Below are positions 26,755-35,941 of a stretch of 64,000 bases of DNA, piece after piece. The position numbers were made by a program, and so were the translations under genes. Below the pieces are notes generated by a model that was given only the letters and a program-made list of their open reading frames with translations, had not been told where the DNA came from and ran no database searches. The DNA is from an uncultured Clostridia bacterium (GTDB taxonomy: Bacteria > Bacillota > Clostridia > Christensenellales > UBA1242): positions 665 through 64,664 of the forward strand of contig CANQYX010000003.1 in the NCBI GenBank assembly GCA_947628205.1, written 5' to 3'. Position 1 is the stretch's first letter, and each line of letters begins with the position of its first letter.

Positions 26755-27996
26755 ATGGAAAACAAACAAACACGAAGTTCTAATATTGAATTATTAAGAA
26801 TTTTTGCCATGCTACTTGTTGTTATGTCACATTGGGGTTGGGCTTTCCTTGACGTGACATTCACTAATAGTTTCAACTATTATTTTTATCGCCTTTTTAG
26901 AGCGTTTGGTCAACTTGGCGTGATTTTATTTATTTTAATTTCTAGCTATTTTTTATCTAAAAGCAAATTTAAAATTTCGTCAATGTTAAAACTAATTTTG
27001 CAAACCATCCTCTCAATTCTCTTTCTGTTTTTAACCTTTTACATATTAGGTAAATTCGGCGTTGTGTGCCAGGGGGGGGGGTACTATAATTTTTCGGAAT
27101 TTATAACAAATTTATTGATTTTTAATTCGGAATATTGGTTTATAAACATTTATTTAGTTATCTATTTAATTTTCCCATTCCTTAACCTAATAATTAACAA
27201 CTGCTCAAAAAAACAATTTATTTGGTTGATATTAATTCTTTTTATCTGTTTTTCTCTTTTACCAACTTTAACGAAAAATCAAATTACAGAAAATTCCATT
27301 GTCAACAATTTTGGTTGGTACATACTAATATATTTTTTGGGTGCATATTTAAGAAGATTCCCTGATGATTTCAAAATTAACAAACTGCTATTTTTTGGTT
27401 TAATCGGTTGCATTGTTATCTTTATTAACGATATTGATTTTTATCAAACAAGGTCAAACCCATGCATGATTTTAATGGCTATAATTATTTTCTTACTATT
27501 TAGCAAATTAAAAATGAAAAATTTTAGGTTTATCAACGTGGTTGCATCGTCAACTTTTGGTGTGTATTTATTGCACGAAAATCGTTATACACGATTTTTC
27601 GTTTGGAAGGACATTTTTAAATTGCACACCATATCAAACAAATGGTTCTTCCCGTTATATTCAATTTTTTCAGTTGTTGTGGTTTTTGCTATTTGCAGCA
27701 TTATAAGTTTGATTATGCAATATGTGTTAATTAATCCGTTAATAAAACTTTTAAACAAGCCATTATCTAAAATTCCCGTTGCCAAAATTTTTCCAGAAAC
27801 AAAAATTGAAAAAACTAATGATAAGCCAACAGCTATAATGCCTATAAGCATATTAATTTTAATTTCAGTTTTCTTATCCAATGTTATTTATCAATTTACA
27901 AATAAATTAACACCTTTAATATATTTTATTTTTATAGGAGCAGCTTTTTGCTTGCTAATATTAATAATAAAAAAACTATTAAAAAAAAGAGTGTAA
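26755..27996 (+). CDS. Acyltransferase family 3 (O-acyl/acetyltransferase) integral membrane protein
   Basis: 413 aa, about 10 TM segments. N-terminal SSNIELLRIFAMLLVVMSHW is typical of acyltransferase_3. Confidence 0.8.
   Translation: MENKQTRSSNIELLRIFAMLLVVMSHWGWAFLDVTFTNSFNYYFYRLFRAFGQLGVILFILISSYFLSKSKFKISSMLKLILQTILSILFLFLTFYILGKFGVVCQGGGYYNFSEFITNLLIFNSEYWFINIYLVIYLIFPFLNLIINNCSKKQFIWLILILFICFSLLPTLTKNQITENSIVNNFGWYILIYFLGAYLRRFPDDFKINKLLFFGLIGCIVIFINDIDFYQTRSNPCMILMAIIIFLLFSKLKMKNFRFINVVASSTFGVYLLHENRYTRFFVWKDIFKLHTISNKWFFPLYSIFSVVVVFAICSIISLIMQYVLINPLIKLLNKPLSKIPVAKIFPETKIEKTNDKPTAIMPISILILISVFLSNVIYQFTNKLTPLIYFIFIGAAFCLLILIIKKLLKKRV
27072..27081 (+). repeat. Homopolymeric G10 tract inside the acyltransferase CDS
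   Basis: Read directly: c aggggggggg g tac. Decodes in frame as CAG GGG GGG GGG TAC (Q-G-G-G-Y, codons 106-110). Confidence 0.98.
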
Positions 27997-27997
27997 A

Positions 27998-28312
27998 TCA
28001 TCTAGGAACAAAACTGTTGCATGGCGCTTTGTTTTTTTCGCTGCCCACAAAAATGCCATTTGAAAAACATTCGCCATTTTTGTTAAAAATGCAATTGTCC
28101 GTGCTGCAATTTATGTTCATGGTTTTGCAGTGATGATATGGCGCGACATCCGGCTCGTGTTCAAACATATCGAGAGATACATCTTCAACAATTTTATTGT
28201 TATCAATATCCAAATCGTTGCAATCCGAACTGTTGTCCACTTGCAAATTTTTGCGGTTGCATTTTGCCTTTTCGTTATATATGCAACTATATTTTCTGCA
28301 CATCACGTCCAT
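27998..28312 (-). CDS. DUF1540-like Cys-rich small protein (two repeats)
   Basis: 104 aa. CRKYSCIYNEKAKC and CSTDNCIFNKNGEC motifs. AAGGAG Shine-Dalgarno. Confidence 0.65.
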   Translation of the reverse strand: MDVMCRKYSCIYNEKAKCNRKNLQVDNSSDCNDLDIDNNKIVEDVSLDMFEHEPDVAPYHHCKTMNINCSTDNCIFNKNGECFSNGIFVGSEKNKAPCNSFVPR

Positions 28313-28457
28313 AATTTCTCCTTAAAACAATTTTTTAAAAATCATTAAAAAATTTTAAAAAATTAAAAAAACAATGCAAAATTTTAAATTTTTTTGAAAA
28401 TTCAATAATATTTTGCACTGTTTATTATTTTTTATTCCAAATATTTTTAAAACAAGT

Positions 28458-30320
28458 TTACACTTGAAGCATTGTCCCCTCGCTTTTAGATGTGTTTGAA
28501 TTTGAGTTTGCCTTAGATGCTGAATTTGAACTTGGGGCTGGAGCGTTTGAACTGGCTGGCGTTTGGCTTTTTGCACCTGATTGTTTTGAGTGTGAAGACA
28601 AGTTTGAAGATGAGCCTCCGCCCGCATAACTACCTTTAAATTTTCCGGCTATTGCATTGTAATCAATGCCACTTGGAGAATTTGCCAGCATCTCTCCAGC
28701 AAGATTTTGCCAACTGCTAGAAGTTTTGGATTGAGGGTTTTGTTTTTTCTCCACTTTTTGATCCACAAATTTTTCAATTGATTGCATGGTTTTAATTATA
28801 TTATTAACCGCTTCCTTAAGTTTTTCATTTTTGCAAGACAATGGATCTTTTAAAATTTGTTGAACATTTAACGTTAAGTGAGGAATTTTTTTCGATAAAT
28901 TTAATAACTCAGTTAAATTTTGGCAAAGTTGTTCAAAATTTTCTGCCCCTATAAATTTTTTAAAGGATTCAACATCTCCATTTAGATAAAATGTTTTTAT
29001 TTTATCAAGATTTTTATTTAAAAATTCTTCCATTAACGGGAAAGCTGCCGAATAGTTACAGGTTAATTTGGAATCTAAATTTTCCGCTTTACGATTATCA
29101 ATTTTTAAAGCCAAAAATTCGGTTATAACTTCGTTGAGGGCTGTGGTTGTTTCGTGATTATCAAAACCCGTTTTATTTGAATTTTCATCGCTTGAAATTG
29201 CGTGCAATGTTTCGTGTGTTAAACTAAATTGAAAATCTTCGGGCAGAGCAACAAAATTTATTCTTCCATTTTCCGTTTCCAGCGAGGAGTGATACGCGGC
29301 GGCATCATCTAGTTTTTTCATATATATTATAAATCTATTAATGGCATCATCGACATCTTTTACACCCTGATTTTTCAAATATTCTTCCAGTTTGGAAAGA
29401 GTGCCTCTAATTAGCCCGCTATCTTTTTCGTTATCCATCTTTTCAAATTTTTCATGCAAGGTTGAACTTATTTGTGCAATTTGTTTTTCATATTTAGTTT
29501 CATATTCTTGCAAAGATAAATGCTCGCCCGTTAGTTCATCAAACATCCTTTTATAGTCAAACTCATCGTCTGACGACCTCAATTCGGGTTTTTTAGTTAT
29601 ATAATCAATAAAAGTTTTGGAAATATCCTCATTTTCATTTTCAATAATAATGTCCAACAATTTGTTTTTGCCAAAAACTCTGGCAAGCTCTTGCCTACAT
29701 AAAATTTGTTTCGAGTTTAAATACCATTTTAATTGTGCAGCATATTCACTGGATTGACCAAGTTTATAATATTCATAATACATGCGTTTATCAATCCATG
29801 CTCCAAATGCTTCTTTCAAAACTTGAAAACTTTGAATACTGTCAATCCTTTTTTGCAAATTTTCAATAAATTCAGGGTCGTTGAACTTTGCGCGCATTTT
29901 CAAAAAATGTTCATATTTGCCTTGATAGGTGTCAAAATCCTTTGTGTCCAAATTTTCAAAATACGAAGCCCAAAAAGCCCTATATTCAACATTGTCTTTT
30001 ACATTAGGGCTAGATAGCGCCCACTCCTTAAATTTATTAATGAATTTCAGCGTTGAATTTTCATCATGATTTCTTAATAAATCCGGTGCCAAATCCGCGC
30101 CAATTTCTTTTAAAAAATCGTGCAATACGTTAATGGATTTTGAATTTGAGTCTATTCTTTTTCTATCAGCAATTACATAGTTTGAGTTGTAAATTTTTTC
30201 TTCAATTTTGGCCCTATATTCTTCGCCAAAAAATTCAACTAATTTTTCAATTTCGGCCTCAATTACATGCCTAAAAGAACCTTCGGTTAGCGTTCTGCCG
30301 CCGACTTCAAAAACTACCAT
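28458..30320 (-). CDS. Hypothetical 620-aa soluble protein with a thermolysin-like HExxH...NExxxE signature and a Ser-rich tail
   Basis: HETLH is encoded at 29202-29216. ALNEVITEF follows about 24 residues later; compare gluzincin HExxH-(~20)-NExxSD. No signal peptide. C-terminal low-complexity S/N/A-rich stretch of about 70 aa. Confidence 0.7.
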   Translation of the reverse strand: MVVFEVGGRTLTEGSFRHVIEAEIEKLVEFFGEEYRAKIEEKIYNSNYVIADRKRIDSNSKSINVLHDFLKEIGADLAPDLLRNHDENSTLKFINKFKEWALSSPNVKDNVEYRAFWASYFENLDTKDFDTYQGKYEHFLKMRAKFNDPEFIENLQKRIDSIQSFQVLKEAFGAWIDKRMYYEYYKLGQSSEYAAQLKWYLNSKQILCRQELARVFGKNKLLDIIIENENEDISKTFIDYITKKPELRSSDDEFDYKRMFDELTGEHLSLQEYETKYEKQIAQISSTLHEKFEKMDNEKDSGLIRGTLSKLEEYLKNQGVKDVDDAINRFIIYMKKLDDAAAYHSSLETENGRINFVALPEDFQFSLTHETLHAISSDENSNKTGFDNHETTTALNEVITEFLALKIDNRKAENLDSKLTCNYSAAFPLMEEFLNKNLDKIKTFYLNGDVESFKKFIGAENFEQLCQNLTELLNLSKKIPHLTLNVQQILKDPLSCKNEKLKEAVNNIIKTMQSIEKFVDQKVEKKQNPQSKTSSSWQNLAGEMLANSPSGIDYNAIAGKFKGSYAGGGSSSNLSSHSKQSGAKSQTPASSNAPAPSSNSASKANSNSNTSKSEGTMLQV

Positions 30321-30628
30321 ACTTTTGCTTCCTCTAAAAGAAGCATAAACTCATCGAAATTATCTGGGAATTTGTTTAAGCCATCAAATTTATAAACCTT
30401 ACCATCCTTTTTGATGTGCACAAAATAGGATAGACCGTCATTAATTGTATTGTCCTTCATTTCATTTTTCCAACCAGAAACAATGCGCGTTAAATCCCGC
30501 ACAAAAGATTTAATTTGCAAATCAAATTTTTCGCCGTTTAGTTCGGCAGATTGATTGTCGTAATCTATTGTCAGGCTTATTGTTTTGTTTAAGGTCGAAA
30601 CACCTAACATAATTTTATATTTTTCCAT
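30314..30628 (-). CDS. Hypothetical 104-aa protein, translationally coupled to the downstream HExxH protein
   Basis: ATG at 30628; the ORF-track start at 30673 is a TTG inside the promoter. Its TAG overlaps the ATG of the next gene (ATGGTAG, 30314-30320). Confidence 0.6.
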   Translation of the reverse strand: MEKYKIMLGVSTLNKTISLTIDYDNQSAELNGEKFDLQIKSFVRDLTRIVSGWKNEMKDNTINDGLSYFVHIKKDGKVYKFDGLNKFPDNFDEFMLLLEEAKVW

Positions 30629-30644
30629 AACTCTACTCAATATT

Positions 30645-30673
30645 ATTATAGCCGAAAATTTACAAAATCCCAA
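30645..30673 (-). promoter_or_regulatory. Promoter of the 104-aa/620-aa pair
   Basis: TTGGGA (30673-68), 17 nt, TATAAT (30650-45). The ATG lies 16 nt downstream. Confidence 0.55.
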
Positions 30674-30721
30674 CTAAAATGTATGTTTTTCTACATATTT
30701 TTTTAAATAATAAATTAAAAT

Positions 30722-30750
30722 TTGACAATTGCTAAATTTTATGTTAAAAT
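30722..30750 (+). promoter_or_regulatory. rplI promoter
   Basis: TTGACA (30722-27), 17 nt, TGtTAAAAT (-10 at 30745-50). Confidence 0.7.
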
Positions 30751-30766
30751 ATTTATAGAGGTAAAA

Positions 30767-31210
30767 ATGAAAGTTATTTTAATTAAAGAACTTAAAGGCA
30801 AAGGCAAGGCGGGCGAAATTATTGACGTGAACCCCAACTATGCCATGAATGTGTTAATTAAACAAGGCATTGCAAAAGAGGCAACAGCCAGCAATTTGAA
30901 TGACCATAAGGGCAAAATGGATGCACAAGCGTTCCATCATGGCGAAATGGTTAAAGAGTTTGAGGCTCTGGCCAACAAAATTAAAAACAAAGTTTACAAT
31001 TTCACTTTGTCCGTTGGCGCAAACGGCAAGGCATTTGGCAGTATAACTAAGCAGGAAATTTTAACCGCGCTAAACAACGATGGCATTAAGGTTGAAAAGA
31101 ATATGATTAAAGATTTTCCAACCATAAAAGCGGCTGGGCAATATAAAATTACAATTCAATTTATTAAAGAAGTTTCAACCGACATTATCGCCAATGTGAA
31201 TATTAAATAA
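30767..31210 (+). CDS. rplI: 50S ribosomal protein L9
   Basis: [21 protein letters not shown]... 147 aa. AGAGG Shine-Dalgarno. The ORF-track start at 30722 lies in the promoter. Confidence 0.9.
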   Translation: MKVILIKELKGKGKAGEIIDVNPNYAMNVLIKQGIAKEATASNLNDHKGKMDAQAFHHGEMVKEFEALANKIKNKVYNFTLSVGANGKAFGSITKQEILTALNNDGIKVEKNMIKDFPTIKAAGQYKITIQFIKEVSTDIIANVNIK

Positions 31211-31245
31211 AATTTTTATTTTCTCTTTTTTAAAAAAGAGAAACA

Positions 31246-31273
31246 GAAAAACAAGCAATGCTTGTTTTTTTTT
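31246..31273 (+). terminator. Rho-independent terminator after rplI
   Basis: CAAGC-aat-GCTTG followed by T9. Flanked by two further A/T-rich palindromes at 31222-31241 and 31274-31297. Confidence 0.8.
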
Positions 31274-31325
31274 GCTACTTTTTTTACAAAAAAGTAGATT
31301 TAAAAAATAAAAATAAAAACTTTAT

Positions 31326-31352
31326 AAAAAAATAAAAGTGGCGAATGCCACT
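31326..31352 (-). terminator. Rho-independent terminator after glyQS
   Basis: The minus strand reads AGTGGC-attc-GCCACT then TTTTATTTTTT. The stem overlaps the TAG stop. Confidence 0.75.
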
Positions 31353-32715
31353 AATATTCAATTTTTTTGGTTATATAATCTTTTAACTCGCTTATGTTTA
31401 GGCGGATTTGCTCCATGCTGTCGCGGTCGCGAACGGTTACAGTGTTATCGTTAAGAGTATCAAAATCAATGGTTACGCACATTGGTGTACCAATTTCGTC
31501 TTGGCGGCGGTAGCGCTTGCCGATGCTGCCCGCATCGTCGTAACTCACCATAAAATATTTTGTTAGTTCGTTATAAACCTCGCGTGCTTTGTCGCCAAGA
31601 TTTTTTTGCAACGGCAAAATGGCAACTTTGTAAGGCGCGATTGCCGGATGGAAATGCAACACAACGCGCGTGTCGCCATCTGGCAATGTTTGTTCGTCAT
31701 ACGCCTCGCACAAAACTGCCAAAGTTAGCCTATCTGCACCAATAGAATATTCTATAACATTAGGAATAAATTTTTCGTTAGTGAATGGGTCAGTGTATTG
31801 CATAGATTTGCCGCTAAATTCTTGGTGGCGAGATAAATCCCAATCGCCGCGATGGTGGATGCCATTCAACTCTTCCCAGCCGATTGGATAGTTATATTGA
31901 ATGTCGCACGCGGCCTTGGCGTAATGCGCAAGTTTGTCATGGTCCTTAAAGCGCAAATTTTCTGCCTTAAAGCCGATTGAAAGCAAATAGTCCATTGCCT
32001 TTTGCTTAAAGGTTTTGTAGAATTCCATGCTATCTTCTGCGCGGCAAAACCACTGATGTTCCATTTGTTCAAACTCGATTGTGCGGAAGGTGAAATTGCC
32101 CGGCGTAACTTCGTTTCTGAACGCCTTGCCAATTTGTGCAATGCCAAAAGGAACTTTTGCGCGCATGCTGCGCTGAACATTTAAGAAATTAACAAATTCG
32201 CCTTGTGCGGTTTCTGGGCGAAGGTAAATTAAATTTTGGCTTTCGTCCGTAACGCCACGCGAAGTGGAGAACATAAGGTTGAAATTTCTAATCGGCGTCC
32301 AATCGCACTTGCCGCATTTTGGGCAAGCCACTTTATGCTCGGCAATATATTGTTCCATCTGTTCATTTGTCATTGTGTCTGGGTTGACTTTGCCCTTGCT
32401 GTGCGCCTCGATAAGCGTATCTGCCCTATGCCTGGTTTTGCACGATTTGCAGTCCATTTTCGGGTCGGAAAAACTTGCGGTATGACCGCTTGCTTCCCAC
32501 ACTTTTGGGTGCATAAAAATGTCCGCATCCACGCCAAAAGAATTTGCGCTTTCCTGCACAAATTTTTTCCACCAACTGCGTTTAATGTTGTTTTTTAACT
32601 CAACGCCAACCGGGCCATAATCCCAAGTGTTGGCAAGGCCGTCATAAATATCACTGCCCTGAAAAATGATGCCTCTACTTTTGCATAGATTTACAATTTT
32701 ATCAAAATTTCCCAT
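31351..32715 (-). CDS. glyQS: Glycyl-tRNA synthetase (alpha2 homodimeric type)
   Basis: 454 aa. Class II motifs (YLRPETAQG, GIAQIGKAFRNE, GADR), a Cys cluster insertion and an anticodon-binding C-terminus. Confidence 0.95.
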   Translation of the reverse strand: MGNFDKIVNLCKSRGIIFQGSDIYDGLANTWDYGPVGVELKNNIKRSWWKKFVQESANSFGVDADIFMHPKVWEASGHTASFSDPKMDCKSCKTRHRADTLIEAHSKGKVNPDTMTNEQMEQYIAEHKVACPKCGKCDWTPIRNFNLMFSTSRGVTDESQNLIYLRPETAQGEFVNFLNVQRSMRAKVPFGIAQIGKAFRNEVTPGNFTFRTIEFEQMEHQWFCRAEDSMEFYKTFKQKAMDYLLSIGFKAENLRFKDHDKLAHYAKAACDIQYNYPIGWEELNGIHHRGDWDLSRHQEFSGKSMQYTDPFTNEKFIPNVIEYSIGADRLTLAVLCEAYDEQTLPDGDTRVVLHFHPAIAPYKVAILPLQKNLGDKAREVYNELTKYFMVSYDDAGSIGKRYRRQDEIGTPMCVTIDFDTLNDNTVTVRDRDSMEQIRLNISELKDYITKKIEY

Positions 32716-32733
32716 ACTGCCCTTTTAAATTTT

Positions 32734-35700
32734 TTATAATGCTTTTACATTTTTGTTTGCAACATAAATCATATAATCTTTATATCTTTTTGCTGCTTCG
32801 GTTATTTTTGAAGAATATTTCGTGTGAAGTGACATATATTTTTTTGCTGGTGGATTTTTTAGCACCGCTTTTAAAACATTTTCATTATACTCATAAAGTT
32901 CAACAAGTTTTTTTGCACGCTCTTCCTCACCGCCTATAAGATCATCATCCCCATAATATGCGTCCGTAATATCGTTTAGTTCTTTCATTGCCTTGCAAAC
33001 TTCTATTATTATTTTTTCTACATCTAATTTAGTTAACCCAACAAGTGACCTTCTTTCTGTTGTGCTAATGCTGCGTTTTGATACTGTAGCATCGTGTTCA
33101 ACGCTTGCCGCAGTTTCTGGCGCAACTTCGCGTTCTGCCTCTGCCACAACCTCTGGTGCAACTTCTGCCGTTTCCTCTGCACTGCCTATGCGCATTGCGC
33201 TAATTGCTTCAATTGCACTTGCAGCGGACACACTTGTTTCTGCCGATGTAGACACTTTGCCTTTGCTGCGCAATTTAGAGAATAATCCACTCGCTTTAAA
33301 TGCCTTGTTTCGTTTTCTCCATTCGCGCCTAGAAACTTTTTTGGTTTTATCTTTAGTTGCCTCGCGGACATATTCAAAATCTCGTTTATGTTTATCCACA
33401 ACAATTTCGGTGGCTTTAGCATACGCTTCAATTTGCTTTTTCTGCGCTTTTTCGGCTGCTGTTAAAGCTGAATCTGGTTTATCAAAAACGCTTTCGCCAA
33501 AATATTTAACCATCATAAACCCTTTGGCTTGGTCAATTCTGTCCCTAAGGGTTTGTTGCTCTTTATCCGGATGATTGTCCGCACCCGTTATGCGATAGTT
33601 TTTGCGAATATCTTGAAATTCGTTGTTTTTAACCGCAAGCAAATCCACCTTTTCTTGATGTTGCCTAATTAAATCTTTATCTTTTGGATTTTTATCCATT
33701 TTTTCTTTAAGCACAGAAATTTCTTTGCTTAAATTTTCAATTTCGGTTTTGCGCTCGCCAAGCAATTTAACATATTGCGAATATTCATGCGCGTTGGCTT
33801 GGGTGACCTTGCCTTTGCCGTCCACCATGCTAAATTGCGCGCCCGATTTAGATGCAGAAAGCAAATCAATTTTAGTTTCCTGCAGCGCAATTTCGGCAAG
33901 CAAAAGTTGTTTGCGCTCTTCAATTTTTTGCGCTTTTGCCTCTTCCGTTAAGCCAACCAAACTTTTTTCAAAATCAGGCTGTTTATCTTTAAAGCGATTA
34001 AATATTTCTGCTAGTTCGTCAAATGTTTCGTCCTTAATTTTTTCTGCCTGATATTCGTTTTTGTTTTTATATTTATAATTCTTTTTGGATTCTACTCTGC
34101 GTTTTTTTATTGCGTGATAAATAGGAACACCAATTCCCCACCCAATAACTCCGGCTGCCAAGCCAACAAGTAGGAAAGGCGAAACCAAGGACACAAGCGC
34201 GCCACCTGCACTAAAAGTGAAACCAAGCGCATAAGCCGCGCCCTCACCCCATTTGGAGAAACTGTTTTTAACGCCTTTTTTATAGTCATATTTCGCGCCG
34301 CCAGTAAGTTTTTCCCCGTCAAAAGTAAAGCCACCATCCGGCATATTTAAAAGTTCTTTTAAATTGTTAACCGCACTGTCCTGCATCGGGATAATGTCCG
34401 AAAGCATATAGCGGTGGTTTTCCAAATATTCCTCAAATTCGCCGTCCGCCCTTGGGTTTTCTTGAATTAAAAGTTCGCCGCCCAAATCGTACTGCTTTGA
34501 CTTGTATTTTTCTAAAAATTCGGCGTAAATTTGTTTAATTCGTTCGGCTAGTTGTTGTTTTGTTTCATCGTCCAGCGTGCCGTCAAGCAATTTAACGCTG
34601 TCTTTGCGAATGTTCAAAACTTCGCATTTTTCCGCTCTCGCACCTTTGGTTGAAGTTGTTTGAACAATGTCACTATTATTAATTCCGCCATGTGATTTAA
34701 CAACTTTTTGTGCATCGCCTTTTTTAAATTCAATATTTTCACTGCCAACTGCCAACTTGATAATGTCACTAGACGCGGAATCTATTCTAGATTTTTCAAT
34801 TATATAACTTCGTTCGGAAACTGTTCCTTTGCTTAGCGTTACCACATAAGCATCATAATTTGTTGTGGCTGGGTCATCTACATAATTGTAGCATTTAGGC
34901 TGAACAACATCTGCCTCTTTAACATATTTGCCGTTTTTCAAGCGCAACATTGCGGTGGATTGTGGCTTGGATGGGTCGGTTTCGTCCTTACAAACATCGG
35001 CATCCGAAAACGTTTCGTAATATTCTTTTCTGGTTTCAAAAGGCACAGTTTCGTCCGCTGTTAGTGGCTCTAACTCATAAGGCGTTCTGCCATCCTCACC
35101 TAACGCCCATATTTTTTTGCCAACGCAAGCAGATAATTTTGTTGACGTAAGTCGTTCGCTGCTAGGGTTACCGCTCCCGTCATCCAACCTCAAATGCTCG
35201 ATTGGGCAAGGTGTGTGTGCTCTATCTCCTTTAAGCCTAACAAAAACATATCTGCCATCTTCTGCCTCATATTTATCTGGGGTTCTTATAATTTTTTCAA
35301 GCATTTCAGCAGTGAAAGTGTCTAATGGCCTATATTCGCCATCATCGTCTAAAACATAAAAATTATCGTGCCCCGCACCAAGTTTAGCCAATAATTTTGA
35401 AATGCTGCCAACTTCTACATATTCGCCAAGCACAGCATGGCCATCTTCCATTTTTAATTCATATATTCTATCCGCAGAAACAAATTTTTCTTTTTTTTCG
35501 GATTCATAATTTACTGTAACGGGAATTTTAGTTTTTACAGTTATATCGTAAATGGTTGCATTAAGCATTGCTGGGTCTTTTACCGAACTGCTGCCCTTTG
35601 CCGAACTAAAAACAACAAAGCTGGTTTGCTTATATTGCTCATAAACCTGCCTTGATTTAAGTTTTACCGAACGCCCAGATTTCGTAAATTCGGTTTTAGG

Positions 35701-35859
35701 GTTTTTTAAATCTTTTTCAGCTGGAATACCGCTTGAACCTGTCCTACCCTTAACGCGCAAACTAGAAATTGGAACAAAACTGCCATCTTCCAACTCAACA
35801 TAATTATGTTCACTAAAACTAGCCGGACGATATTTGGTTATGCCTTCAACATCTGCCAT
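32734..35859 (-). CDS. Hypothetical 1041-aa protein with a central TM hairpin and a long C-terminal coiled-coil or charged region
   Basis: Start set at ATG 35859 behind AAGAGGTGG. Hydrophobic pair AAYALGFTFSAGGALVSLVSPFLLVGLAAGVIGWGIGVPIY at mid-protein. K/E-rich heptad-like C-terminal half. Its stop lies 18 nt before the glyQS ATG. Confidence 0.75.
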   Translation of the reverse strand: MADVEGITKYRPASFSEHNYVELEDGSFVPISSLRVKGRTGSSGIPAEKDLKNPKTEFTKSGRSVKLKSRQVYEQYKQTSFVVFSSAKGSSSVKDPAMLNATIYDITVKTKIPVTVNYESEKKEKFVSADRIYELKMEDGHAVLGEYVEVGSISKLLAKLGAGHDNFYVLDDDGEYRPLDTFTAEMLEKIIRTPDKYEAEDGRYVFVRLKGDRAHTPCPIEHLRLDDGSGNPSSERLTSTKLSACVGKKIWALGEDGRTPYELEPLTADETVPFETRKEYYETFSDADVCKDETDPSKPQSTAMLRLKNGKYVKEADVVQPKCYNYVDDPATTNYDAYVVTLSKGTVSERSYIIEKSRIDSASSDIIKLAVGSENIEFKKGDAQKVVKSHGGINNSDIVQTTSTKGARAEKCEVLNIRKDSVKLLDGTLDDETKQQLAERIKQIYAEFLEKYKSKQYDLGGELLIQENPRADGEFEEYLENHRYMLSDIIPMQDSAVNNLKELLNMPDGGFTFDGEKLTGGAKYDYKKGVKNSFSKWGEGAAYALGFTFSAGGALVSLVSPFLLVGLAAGVIGWGIGVPIYHAIKKRRVESKKNYKYKNKNEYQAEKIKDETFDELAEIFNRFKDKQPDFEKSLVGLTEEAKAQKIEERKQLLLAEIALQETKIDLLSASKSGAQFSMVDGKGKVTQANAHEYSQYVKLLGERKTEIENLSKEISVLKEKMDKNPKDKDLIRQHQEKVDLLAVKNNEFQDIRKNYRITGADNHPDKEQQTLRDRIDQAKGFMMVKYFGESVFDKPDSALTAAEKAQKKQIEAYAKATEIVVDKHKRDFEYVREATKDKTKKVSRREWRKRNKAFKASGLFSKLRSKGKVSTSAETSVSAASAIEAISAMRIGSAEETAEVAPEVVAEAEREVAPETAASVEHDATVSKRSISTTERRSLVGLTKLDVEKIIIEVCKAMKELNDITDAYYGDDDLIGGEEERAKKLVELYEYNENVLKAVLKNPPAKKYMSLHTKYSSKITEAAKRYKDYMIYVANKNVKAL

Positions 35860-35877
35860 TTTCCACCTCTTAAAATT

Positions 35878-35906
35878 ATTATACCACATAAAAAACTAAA
35901 AAGCAA
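35878..35906 (-). promoter_or_regulatory. Promoter of the 1041-aa ORF / glyQS unit
   Basis: TTGCTT (35906-01), 17 nt, TGgTATAAT (-10 at 35883-78). Confidence 0.6.
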
Positions 35907-35917
35907 TTGATTAAAAC

Positions 35918-35940
35918 AAAAAAACACGCGTAAAGCGTGC
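35918..35940 (-). terminator. Terminator after tRNA-Asn
   Basis: The minus strand reads CACGC-tttac-GCGTG followed by T7. Confidence 0.65.
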
Positions 35941-35941
35941 T

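Noticed and set aside
28355-28627. A 90-aa minus-strand ORF overlapping the 3' end of the 620-aa gene in another frame.
   Set aside because: It is created by the Ser/Ala/Asn-rich low-complexity tail and has no independent start signals.
32993-33574. A 193-aa plus-strand ORF, and the other frames in the 32739-35359 ORFs, opposite the 1041-aa gene. Also 31560-32598 frames within glyQS.
   Set aside because: Shadow ORFs in a GC-richer, low-complexity coding region. No translation signals.
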